NCBI GenBank assembly: GCA_016286055.1
Contig: JAEERW010000016.1
Span: 10,932-74,931, forward strand
Direction of reading: 5' to 3'
Source: Bacteroidales bacterium
GTDB lineage: Bacteria; Bacteroidota; Bacteroidia; Bacteroidales; UBA3824
Length of the DNA stretch: 64,000 nt
The notes beneath the pieces were generated by a model that was given only the letters and a program-made list of their open reading frames with translations, had not been told where the DNA came from and searched no databases. The position numbers and the translations under genes are program-made. Within the stretch, counting starts at the first letter, position 1. Each line of letters starts with the position of its first letter. Shown piece by piece: positions 20,197 through 29,032 of this stretch.

Positions 20197-20742
20197 ATGC
20201 AAACATTTAACGATAACCAACTCGCGCTATGCGCCGATTACCTTAACGGTTGCGGCAACGCTCCTTCTCCCAACGACATCGGAATTTTTTCCGACGACGA
20301 CCTTGCTATGTCGGCCGTTGAAATCGCCGAGATATCTGCCCTCGCTCAAAAACAGCTCGCAAAAAACCGCTCCATCAAGCTCATCCCCTTATTAGCAATA
20401 GCTGTTGCTGCCGCTGTTGCTCTTTTCGTTTTCATACCAACAAATGTAATCGAAGACGCCGCACCCGCTCTACAGACCTCCGTTTCAACCTCCGCCAAAG
20501 CTAATTCTGCCGACAATGTTGTAGCTGAAAACGGAATCGCCTCCATCTCGTGGAATTTCGTAGCCACCGATGCCGACACCCTCGTCATATACAACGAAAA
20601 TGGAACACCCATCATAAAAAAGCCCATCGCAGGCAACTCTGCCACCGTTGTATTGCCCTCCAACGAAAAAAAACTCTCATACAAAATTGAACGAAACGCT
20701 ATTGACGTACTAAAAAAAGGAATAATTTCGATAAAAAAATAA
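20197..20742 (+). CDS. single-pass membrane protein, anti-sigma-like topology
   Basis: About 60 aa N-domain, TM LIPLLAIAVAAAVALFVFIP, beta-rich C-domain; directly follows the sigma-like gene. Confidence 0.55.
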   Translation: MQTFNDNQLALCADYLNGCGNAPSPNDIGIFSDDDLAMSAVEIAEISALAQKQLAKNRSIKLIPLLAIAVAAAVALFVFIPTNVIEDAAPALQTSVSTSAKANSADNVVAENGIASISWNFVATDADTLVIYNENGTPIIKKPIAGNSATVVLPSNEKKLSYKIERNAIDVLKKGIISIKK

Positions 20743-20868
20743 AAAAAAATATTCGTTGATTTGTTTCAAACATAATTATTTGTATATTTGCCTTACCGAC
20801 GTACAAGCTACAAACGCCCCGTACGGTAACAACACAACATCAACCAACTTACACATATACAGACAATT

Positions 20869-22905
20869 ATGCAGCACACGTGGGACGAATTCAGAAAAGC
20901 ATATGAAAACGAACAAGTAGCCAGACTCGCATTCTGCGACCTCTGCGAAGACATTATGAGGCTTAAATATCCCGATCACAACATATTCAAATCGGTTGAT
21001 ATTTTAGAAAACGACAACAGCAAGGCCGATACAAACGGGAAGACTTCGGTCATTTACCTTCCGAAATTCTTCACCGACGGAGTGTCAAACTCTCGAAAAG
21101 GGCAGATCAGAAAATCGCTCAACGACAACCTGCCTTTTATGAAAGTCAACGACATCAAAAAATGGGTGCTGTTTGTACCCACGAAACTTACTTCAGAAGA
21201 ATCATCGTGGTGGGAAAATTGGACTTCGAGAATCGCCAAAGAAAACGGCACCGAACTCACAATTTACGACAGCAAAGCTATTTTCAGCCTCCTTTCTGAT
21301 TTCAAAATCACAGGAAAATGGTTTCAATCCGAACACGAATACACTTCCGACGTAAAACAAGAAGGCAACGAACTACTCGACTTCGCATTCGATATAGGCG
21401 GTATGGAAGAGGATATGGCAAAAAAAGAACCTGAAACCCACACTACTACAACAACAACCACTACCACTGTTACAACACAAACAATCAAAACCATTTCAGC
21501 ACAAAAACCAGAAACTTTCGCCGCAGCTGCCATTCCAGTGGCCAATGCCGTTAGCGAAGACCCATCCGAGCCCAAAATTGAAGACCTTGAAAACACATTC
21601 AAGTTTAAACAGCTTTTCGAAGAACTCGAACTCTTGCACAAAACAAGACTCAACAAAAAACAACGTGCCATATTCGACAAACGCCGCGAAAATAGTAAAG
21701 TGGCTAACTATCTCAACGACTTTGAGTTCGGCGACCTATCAAGCACTACAACTAGCGACCTCATCTACAAGGCCGACGCTTACGCCGCTAAAAGCCAGTA
21801 CTCAAGAGCACTTTATATATTAGAGTACATAGCTTTCAAAAACCAGATTTCAGAAGACCGCAAAGACGAACTGAATATTGGTATCACCGAAAACTGCGAC
21901 AACCTCAACTTCATGTACAAAATGATGAAGGGTGACCTCCTATTCGCTTCACGCGACTTTATCAACGCATCCGAAGAATACGAAGAGGCCGCAAACCTCA
22001 AAGACGGAGAAAACTCCGAAGCCAATTCCAAAAAATTTGAGGCACGCGGAGAAGCCCTCCTCGAAGTCGGCGACTTTGCCAACGCTGCCGAATGCTTCAA
22101 AACCGCACTCAGTTACAACGTAGCCGACGACAACCTCAAGAAACGTTACCAAATAGCCAAGTCGCTCGACAAAGGAACCAATTTCTTCAAAAGCAAATGG
22201 CTACGCTGGCTCAACATATTCATTGCACCGTTCGCATATTGGAACGCTCGCCGCAAAGACCCAACAATTGTAGAAAACGAACACGCTAAGAAACTCCGCC
22301 GCAAAGCATGGTGGGGTGTGATAACGGTGCTTCTCCTAGTGTTCGGAGTACTTGCTATTTTCTTAATTGGCCGATACCTAGCCAACAAGGCTGTTCAGCC
22401 AGAAATTGAAACAAACGCAATTCAAACTCCGCACGAAATTCAGATTAACCTCGGCGACTACTATATGGAAAACTTCTCAAACGAGAATCCCCACTACATC
22501 GACAGCGCTATTGCTGCATACAAACGCGCCATCAGATACGACAACACCGACACCGCCGCTCAACGCAAATACCGCAACGCTGAAAACCGCCGTATTGCTT
22601 ACATTAACGAGGTTCAGAACAATATCGACAACGACACCACCTATTTCCTAAGCATGCGACGTCCTACCGAAGGTCTATGGTTGTTTAAGTATCGCTACGA
22701 TAAGAGCAACCCATCGAAAGGCAAGTTTGGATACGCCGACTCTGCTATGCACGTGGTAATTCCTCCGATGTTCGACTTCAATTACCGCAAGATGGAAGGC
22801 GCTGGCGAAACTTTCTGCAACGGGCGTGCGCTCGTTTGCCTCAAAGTGGGTCAGGATACCATTTATTTCCACATCGACAACAGAGGAAACAAGATTGAAG
22901 AATAA
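20869..22905 (+). CDS. membrane protein: restriction-endonuclease-like N-domain, TPR-like helices, TM, WG-repeat C-terminus
   Basis: FCDLCEDIM..PKFF..QIRKSL..KWVLFVP..LT..E..WW; TPR-like GEALLEVGDFANAAECFKTAL; GKFGYAD...VVIPPMFD; promoter TTTG-19nt-TATATTTG at 20760-20790. Confidence 0.6.
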   Translation: MQHTWDEFRKAYENEQVARLAFCDLCEDIMRLKYPDHNIFKSVDILENDNSKADTNGKTSVIYLPKFFTDGVSNSRKGQIRKSLNDNLPFMKVNDIKKWVLFVPTKLTSEESSWWENWTSRIAKENGTELTIYDSKAIFSLLSDFKITGKWFQSEHEYTSDVKQEGNELLDFAFDIGGMEEDMAKKEPETHTTTTTTTTTVTTQTIKTISAQKPETFAAAAIPVANAVSEDPSEPKIEDLENTFKFKQLFEELELLHKTRLNKKQRAIFDKRRENSKVANYLNDFEFGDLSSTTTSDLIYKADAYAAKSQYSRALYILEYIAFKNQISEDRKDELNIGITENCDNLNFMYKMMKGDLLFASRDFINASEEYEEAANLKDGENSEANSKKFEARGEALLEVGDFANAAECFKTALSYNVADDNLKKRYQIAKSLDKGTNFFKSKWLRWLNIFIAPFAYWNARRKDPTIVENEHAKKLRRKAWWGVITVLLLVFGVLAIFLIGRYLANKAVQPEIETNAIQTPHEIQINLGDYYMENFSNENPHYIDSAIAAYKRAIRYDNTDTAAQRKYRNAENRRIAYINEVQNNIDNDTTYFLSMRRPTEGLWLFKYRYDKSNPSKGKFGYADSAMHVVIPPMFDFNYRKMEGAGETFCNGRALVCLKVGQDTIYFHIDNRGNKIEE

Positions 22906-22944
22906 ATCATCCTCATAGTTTTTTTCATATTTAATTTAACATTT

Positions 22945-22977
22945 AATCCCGTTTTGTAAAAAAGACGGGATTTTTTT
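22945..22977 (+). terminator. intrinsic terminator
   Basis: AATCCCGT/ACGGGATT stem plus T tract. Confidence 0.75.
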
Positions 22978-22991
22978 ACACCAACAAAAAA

Positions 22992-23606
22992 ATGAACATA
23001 CTACCATTCAAATCAAAAGTTCTGCTCACAGTACTAACAACAGCAATGCTCCACACCGCAGCCAAAGCCCAGACCTTTTCGGGAGGATTCACAATAGGAA
23101 TAAGCGGCTGCCAGGTAGACGGCGACACACAAGGCGGCTACCACAAGCCAGGAATACGCACAGGATTCATAGTTTCCGCACCGGCAACATCGCCGTTTGC
23201 CGTAGAATCGGGCATACTGTTTTCGTCGAAAGGAGCAATAAAAAAAACACAAGGATATACCGAATTTAAGACACTTCTCAACTATGCGGAACTACCTATG
23301 ATAATAAAATATCATTTTAAGCCCAAATTTGGTGTAGAGTTAGGTATATCTTACAATCGAATAATATCATCAAAAATTATAGAGGCAAACGGAGCTGAAC
23401 AGAAGAATCCCACATTTCTAAAAAAATACGACATTGATGGAATTGCCGGATTCCGCTTATATCTTTCGCCCAAGTTTGAACTTACTGCTTCATTCGGATA
23501 TAGCATCACAAAAATTACCGACGACCCTGATATGCCATATTGGAGAAACAATTTTATCAACCTTAGCATAACCCGCCGATTCAACGGCAAAAATTCTCAG
23601 CAATGA
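22992..23606 (+). CDS. outer-membrane beta-barrel protein (PorT/OMP_b-brl_2-like)
   Basis: Signal peptide AKA-Q; SKGA and LNYAELP pattern; alternating beta strands. Confidence 0.75.
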   Translation: MNILPFKSKVLLTVLTTAMLHTAAKAQTFSGGFTIGISGCQVDGDTQGGYHKPGIRTGFIVSAPATSPFAVESGILFSSKGAIKKTQGYTEFKTLLNYAELPMIIKYHFKPKFGVELGISYNRIISSKIIEANGAEQKNPTFLKKYDIDGIAGFRLYLSPKFELTASFGYSITKITDDPDMPYWRNNFINLSITRRFNGKNSQQ

Positions 23607-24154
23607 AAGTAACAGTAGCAATCACTGGTGCAAGCGGAACTATCTATGCCCAACGCCTCATCAATAAATTGGAAGAGTCGTCAGAAATAGAGCAAATTGC
23701 CGTAGTATTTAGCGATAATGGACTAAAAATTTATAACACAGAGACCCTTACCCCACTCCACCAAAACGAAAAGATAAAGATATATCCCAACAACACCTTT
23801 GCAGCGCCATTTGCGTCGGGTAGTTGCACATATTCGGCATTGATAGTGTGTCCATGTTCGTGCGGCACATTGGGCAGAATTGCCAACGGCATATCCGACT
23901 CTCTTATCACACGTGCAGCCGACGTTATGCTCAAAGAGCGCAGGAAACTGATTCTCGTTACTCGGGAAACCCCATTAAGCCTTATACACATCCAAAATAT
24001 GGAGCTAATCACGCTCGCCGGAGGCATCATTTGTCCCGCCTCTCCTTCGTTCTACTCCTCCCCTACCTCCATCGAACAGTTAGCCGACACAATTATTTAC
24101 CGAATTTTATCCCTAATCGGCATAAAAAACAACGGATATAGGTGGCAAGAGTAA
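23603..24154 (+). CDS. ubiX: flavin prenyltransferase
   Basis: AITGASG, ASGS, PCS.GTL..IA.G, RAADV.LKERR.L, RETP motifs. Confidence 0.95.
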   Translation: MKVTVAITGASGTIYAQRLINKLEESSEIEQIAVVFSDNGLKIYNTETLTPLHQNEKIKIYPNNTFAAPFASGSCTYSALIVCPCSCGTLGRIANGISDSLITRAADVMLKERRKLILVTRETPLSLIHIQNMELITLAGGIICPASPSFYSSPTSIEQLADTIIYRILSLIGIKNNGYRWQE

Positions 24155-24284
24155 AAAATCACTATTTTTTATATAAAATACTATTAATAAGCGAGTTATA
24201 CTTGGTTATCTAAACATATTATACATTATAAAAAAATAAAAAGATATTTTTTTTTAAAAAAAATTAAAAAAAAATGCAAAAATA

Positions 24285-24316
24285 TTTGCATTTCTCATTT
24301 TTTTTGTTTATATTTG
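24285..24316 (+). promoter_or_regulatory. Bacteroidota promoter for the lysozyme gene, implying a ~175 nt leader
   Basis: TTTG (24285-24288), 20 nt spacer, TATATTTG (24309-24316). Confidence 0.65.
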
Positions 24317-24497
24317 CAACATAATTTAAAGAAATAAGTATAAGGTATTATAAAAAAGAAGTTATAATAACAATTACAAAACCTTTAAATTATATCATAA
24401 CATATCAAATACGGTTTAAAAGCCGATGCAAGTTGCCGCACAGGCATATATCTAAGGATAATACCTGAGCGATTATTTACATAAAAATTTGAGCGTT

Positions 24498-25127
24498 ATG
24501 AAAACTTTAATTTTAAGACTCGTAATGAGTGTCGGTTGTGTAATGCTCACAAGTAGCACCACAGCCCCCGACCCTGACAGAAGTTACTTCGATATCAGGG
24601 GCGAGTATTTTGAGGAAAAACACGCCGAGGAATCGGTAGAAAGTTACACGATTATTCCTTGTAACTCTACAACTGGTTATTCCGACGCATTTGAAAAAAC
24701 CATCGCGTTTATTAAAAAGCACGAGGGTTTCGCAGGCGGTAAGGCTTATTACTGCGCCGCCGGTTACAAGACCATTGGATACGGTCACGTGGTTAAAAGT
24801 AACGAGCACTTTAAAGACGACCGCATTACACGTCAGGAGGCTGACCGTCTTCTCCGTAGCGACCTTAGCAAGTGTATCGTTCTTGCACGTAAACATACTT
24901 CGGGTCTTACCGAACATCAGTTGATGGCGGTTGCCCACTTTATTTTCGCAAAGGGTATTGGTAGTTACCTTAAAAGTCAGTTGAAGGTGAAAATCGACAA
25001 CGGCGAAAGCCCTGACGAGGAGTTCCGAAAATGGTGTAAGTATCACAAACCTGACGGTACTCTGGTAACAAGTCAGTACAGTTTGAATATCCGAAAATGG
25101 GAGATCGAAATGTTTAACTCTGAGTAA
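24498..25127 (+). CDS. GH24 (phage T4/P1-type) lysozyme with N-terminal signal
   Basis: IKKHEGF..AYYCAAGYKTIGYGH, IT..EA..LL..DL motifs; start set at ATG 24498. Confidence 0.85.
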   Translation: MKTLILRLVMSVGCVMLTSSTTAPDPDRSYFDIRGEYFEEKHAEESVESYTIIPCNSTTGYSDAFEKTIAFIKKHEGFAGGKAYYCAAGYKTIGYGHVVKSNEHFKDDRITRQEADRLLRSDLSKCIVLARKHTSGLTEHQLMAVAHFIFAKGIGSYLKSQLKVKIDNGESPDEEFRKWCKYHKPDGTLVTSQYSLNIRKWEIEMFNSE

Positions 25128-25132
25128 TAAAT

Positions 25133-25164
25133 AAAAAAGCGGAATTTAAAGTTCCGCTTTTTTT
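25133..25164. terminator. bidirectional terminator between lysozyme and dusB
   Basis: A6-GCGGAAT/GTTCCGC-T7. Confidence 0.85.
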
Positions 25165-25168
25165 ATGT

Positions 25169-26164
25169 CTATTCAAAACTGAAATCTTTGTAACGTTCGC
25201 CCACCTCGTCTAATATGGCGTTTATCGCCTCAGGGTCGGGCTCGGTAACCAGCCGCATCCTGTATGGCTTGAAATCGGGCACGCCTTTGAAATATTGCGA
25301 GTAATGACGGCGCATCTCCAACATTCCGCGTGTGTCGCCTTTCCACTGCATCGAGGTTTCCAATTGGTACTTGGCAAGTTTCACACGTTCAGCCACAGAG
25401 GGTTCGGGCGGAAGCACGCCTGTTTCAAGATATTGGTGAACAGTTTTAAATATCCACGGACAACCTACCGCTGCCCGGCCTATCATTATGGCGTCCACTC
25501 CGTAACGGTTTCGCATTTCGGCAGCCTTTTGCGGAGAGTCAACATCGCCATTGCCAATAATGGGAATATGCATACGGGGATTGTTTTTCACCTCACCGAT
25601 GAGAGTCCAATCGGCTTCACCTTTATATAATTGCATTCGGGTGCGTCCATGAATAGCAAGCGCCTTAATGCCAGCGTCTTGAAGGCGTTCGGCAAGAGAA
25701 ACAATGATTTTTGAGTTATCGTCCCACCCGAGGCGAGTTTTCACAGTAACTGGTATAGAAGGCACGGCGGCCACCACAGCCTTAACTATCTCAATCATGA
25801 GGTCGGGGTTTTGCAAAAGTCCGGCACCGTCGCCACGAGTAGCAATCTTCTTTACAGGACAGCCGCAGTTGATATCGATCAAATCAGGTTTAAGTTCAGC
25901 AGCCATCCGCGCCGCCTCAGCCATATGGTCGGGGTCGTGTCCGTAGATTTGAATTCCAGCAGGACGCTCCGAATCTTCCAAGTGCATCTTGCGCACGGTT
26001 TTGTCGATGTTGCGCACGAGGGCTTCGCTGGCTATAAACTCAGTATAAAGCATATCAGCACCGTACATCTTGCAAATATGGCGGAAAGAAACATCTGTAA
26101 CGTCCTCCATAGGTGCAAGGAACAAGGGATAACGGTCAAATTTTATATCTCCGATAGTAAACAT
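25169..26164 (-). CDS. dusB: tRNA-dihydrouridine synthase B
   Basis: LAPMEDVTD, IDINCGCP, TVKTRLGW, IHGRT, NGDV, MIGR motifs; start at ATG 26164. Confidence 0.92.
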   Translation of the reverse strand: MFTIGDIKFDRYPLFLAPMEDVTDVSFRHICKMYGADMLYTEFIASEALVRNIDKTVRKMHLEDSERPAGIQIYGHDPDHMAEAARMAAELKPDLIDINCGCPVKKIATRGDGAGLLQNPDLMIEIVKAVVAAVPSIPVTVKTRLGWDDNSKIIVSLAERLQDAGIKALAIHGRTRMQLYKGEADWTLIGEVKNNPRMHIPIIGNGDVDSPQKAAEMRNRYGVDAIMIGRAAVGCPWIFKTVHQYLETGVLPPEPSVAERVKLAKYQLETSMQWKGDTRGMLEMRRHYSQYFKGVPDFKPYRMRLVTEPDPEAINAILDEVGERYKDFSFE

Positions 26165-26260
26165 CTGAAAAAAATTTTTCACAAAGGAACAAACTTTTTT
26201 TGAAAAAATAGCCAAAACCTATATTTTTGGCGTTTTATAATAACAACACATCAGTACTAT

Positions 26261-27841
26261 ATGAGCAAAATATTCTTCGACTTATTTAAAGAGTTTTCCG
26301 ACTATTTGATTTCCACCTTTACAGGATGGGGCATATCGGCAGACTGGGCGATAATTTTCAAGGGCATTATCAATATGCTGATTATTGCCATAATATGTTT
26401 TATCAGTTACTTCATCACCAAACTGATAATCAACCGCGTGGTGCACACCATAGTAACCAAAACCGAAAACAAGTACGACGACGAACTTGTAAAGCACAAG
26501 GTACTTGTTCCGCTGTCGCACATGGTACCCGCTGCTATCATTTACTATTTGATACAGTTTGCCATTACTGATCCCAACTGGGTGCAGCACATTCGCACAG
26601 CTTGCTATGTATACAACATATTCTCGGTGATGCTCACAGTGCTCAAAGCCCTTAACGCTGCCAACGACATTCTCGATTCTATCATGCGCCAAAAACGTCG
26701 CAAGATGAGTTTCAAGGGGTATGCTCAGGTGGCAAAAATCATCACCATACTTATCTGCGGCATTCTTTCCATATCAATCATACTTGGCAAAAGTCCCGAC
26801 GCGCTACTAACTGGACTCGCAGGTATGTCGGCAGTGCTGATGTTAGTGTTCAAGGATTCTATCTCGGGATTTGTGGCTTCAATACAACTATCCACCATGA
26901 ATATGATAAAGAAAGACGACTGGATAACAATAGCCAGCCGCAGCATAGAGGGTCACGTTATCGACATCAACCTTACAACGGTGAAAGTGAGAAATTTTGA
27001 TAACAGTATAGTAACTATTCCCACGGCATCGTTGATGAGCGAGTCGTTTATCAACTGGAGCAATATGCAAGAAACCAAAGCCCGCCGCATCAAACGCACC
27101 ATACCCATTGATGCCGACAGTATCAAAACCGCCGACCAGGAATTATTAAACAAACTTAAGAAATACACCCTTCTTACCGACTACATCAAGGAACGCCAAG
27201 AGCAGATAAAAGGTGGCGACCCTAACGTGGAATTCGACAAACGCGAGCTATCAAACATAGAGTTGTTTAGAAAATACATCGAATTTTATATCCGCGCCAA
27301 TTTCCAAGTGTTTAAAAAATATACTCCCACGATGGTAAAGTCAAAGAAATACAGTCGCGAGGAGTACATTATCCACGACAAAGAGGAGTTTCTCAAAATC
27401 AACGGCGAGACGGCAGAGGAGTTTCTGGCTCAAGACGAAAACGGCAACACATACATTCAGAGTTTCGCAAAGTTTGTAAAGAGCCGAGGACAGAAGCTGG
27501 AAGTGGACAAAAAAGACCCAAAAACCTTCTACCCCGTTACCGCTTCGATAGAGAAAGACTTTGTGAACAACGAACTTATGGGCCACACCGTTTACAACCG
27601 CATATTGGAGAAAGACGGCGTGTTTGTAGAAAACGGACACCTGATGGTACGCCAAATGCAACCCACACCCACTGGCATTCCACTTGAAATATATGCATTT
27701 ACCAAGATAACAGAATGGGGAGCGTTTGAAAAAATACAGACAGCATTTTTTGAGCACCTCTTCAATGTGGTAAAAGACTTCGACCTAAAAGTATACCAGC
27801 TGTCGCCCGAAGACCGTGCGACAACAGCATTATCATATTAG
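26261..27841 (+). CDS. MscS-family mechanosensitive channel (YbdG-like) with large C-terminal insert
   Basis: LVFKDSI.GFVASIQ, TTVKVRNFDN, RRIKR, LMVRQ..PT..G.PLEIYAF motifs. Confidence 0.9.
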   Translation: MSKIFFDLFKEFSDYLISTFTGWGISADWAIIFKGIINMLIIAIICFISYFITKLIINRVVHTIVTKTENKYDDELVKHKVLVPLSHMVPAAIIYYLIQFAITDPNWVQHIRTACYVYNIFSVMLTVLKALNAANDILDSIMRQKRRKMSFKGYAQVAKIITILICGILSISIILGKSPDALLTGLAGMSAVLMLVFKDSISGFVASIQLSTMNMIKKDDWITIASRSIEGHVIDINLTTVKVRNFDNSIVTIPTASLMSESFINWSNMQETKARRIKRTIPIDADSIKTADQELLNKLKKYTLLTDYIKERQEQIKGGDPNVEFDKRELSNIELFRKYIEFYIRANFQVFKKYTPTMVKSKKYSREEYIIHDKEEFLKINGETAEEFLAQDENGNTYIQSFAKFVKSRGQKLEVDKKDPKTFYPVTASIEKDFVNNELMGHTVYNRILEKDGVFVENGHLMVRQMQPTPTGIPLEIYAFTKITEWGAFEKIQTAFFEHLFNVVKDFDLKVYQLSPEDRATTALSY

Positions 27842-27862
27842 CAACCAATAAACTATACCATT

Positions 27863-28624
27863 ATGTTAGGAGCAATCATAGGCGATATAATAGGTTCGCG
27901 TTTCGAGTACGGCGGGCGCAACATGCCCAACTTCCAACTCTTTACGCCAGAGTGCGACATTACCGACGACACCATCTGCACAGTTGCCATTGCCGACGCC
28001 ATAATCAACGGTGCAGACTACGGCGAATCCCTTATAAAATGGTGCAACAAATATCCGTTTCCACTGGGAGGATACGGCAGCAAGCTTACAGCGTGGCTCA
28101 AAAGCACCCAGCAAAAAGCCTACGATAGTTGGGGCAACGGCTCGGCAATGCGTGTGAGCGCCATAGGCTGGGCGTTCGATTCGGAACTCAAAACAGCAAA
28201 AGAGGCAACCAAATCGGCAAAACCCACACACAGTCATCCCGAAGGTATAAAAGGAGCTGTTTGCGTTGCCGACCTGATATTTTTACTCCGCACAAAAAGG
28301 ATAGTAAAAGCAGACGTTGCCGACATTGTAAAAGAGCGCTTTGATTACAACATGCCAGTGCTCAGCGATGTAAAAGGTATGCACGACAGCTGTATGGAAA
28401 CAGTTCCGCAAGCCATTGAGTGCTTTTTAGAAGCCGAGAGTTTTGAAAGCACCATCCGCAAAGCGGTAGAGATAGGCGGCGACACCGACACCACAGCAGC
28501 CATAGCTGGTTCAATAGCGGAAGCCTACTATCCTATACCTCAGGATATTAAAGAGAAAGCTTTGAAGTATCTCGACAACGACATGAAAGCCATAGTAGCC
28601 GAATTTTTTGCAAAATTCAGATAG
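27863..28624 (+). CDS. ADP-ribosylglycohydrolase family protein
   Basis: GAIIGDIIGS, TDDT, SWGNGSAMR, THSHPEG, GGDTDT motifs. Confidence 0.92.
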   Translation: MLGAIIGDIIGSRFEYGGRNMPNFQLFTPECDITDDTICTVAIADAIINGADYGESLIKWCNKYPFPLGGYGSKLTAWLKSTQQKAYDSWGNGSAMRVSAIGWAFDSELKTAKEATKSAKPTHSHPEGIKGAVCVADLIFLLRTKRIVKADVADIVKERFDYNMPVLSDVKGMHDSCMETVPQAIECFLEAESFESTIRKAVEIGGDTDTTAAIAGSIAEAYYPIPQDIKEKALKYLDNDMKAIVAEFFAKFR

Positions 28625-29032
28625 CTAGGCAACAACGCCGTTAAAACTGAATATATCGGAGCGAAGGCCAAGTCAATTAAGAATAAACAAAGGATATTGA
28701 GATATTAAAAATATACACAAAACTTGCCAAATAGTAACATAAAGACTTATATAATATAAGTATACAAGTATAAATAAAAACTAAATGTATCCAATTGTTA
28801 ACTAAAATAATATTACAAATGTAAAAACATAAAACAAACAACCTAATAAACAACTACTTAGCTAATATTAAAACAAGGTAAATGTGAATTAAATATCCAA
28901 AACACTATCCGTGTTTATCTTAACGAATTATTAGAAAAACAAAAACAAAAAGGTAAATTTTAAAAAAAACGACAAAAACTAAGATAATTTATATAACTTC
29001 GTATTTTGAAAAAATAGTGCGTCAAGGGAAAT

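Noticed and set aside
21436-21492. Poly-Thr run as a phase-variable microsatellite
   Set aside because: Mixed ACN codons in triplet register; slippage would not shift frame, so it is an ordinary linker
24155-25164. Prophage around the lysozyme gene
   Set aside because: Flanked directly by ubiX and dusB, with no holin, structural or integrase genes
27305-27640. Intein in the MscS insert
   Set aside because: No N-terminal Cys/Ser with C-terminal His-Asn signature and no homing endonuclease motif
27863-28624. ADP-ribosylglycohydrolase as antitoxin of a defence pair
   Set aside because: No ADP-ribosyltransferase, sirtuin or macrodomain gene is adjacent; a common stand-alone gene
28625-29032. 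400 nt AT-rich intergenic region as ncRNA, origin or small gene
   Set aside because: No convincing hairpin, repeat, DnaA-box cluster or ORF seen by eye
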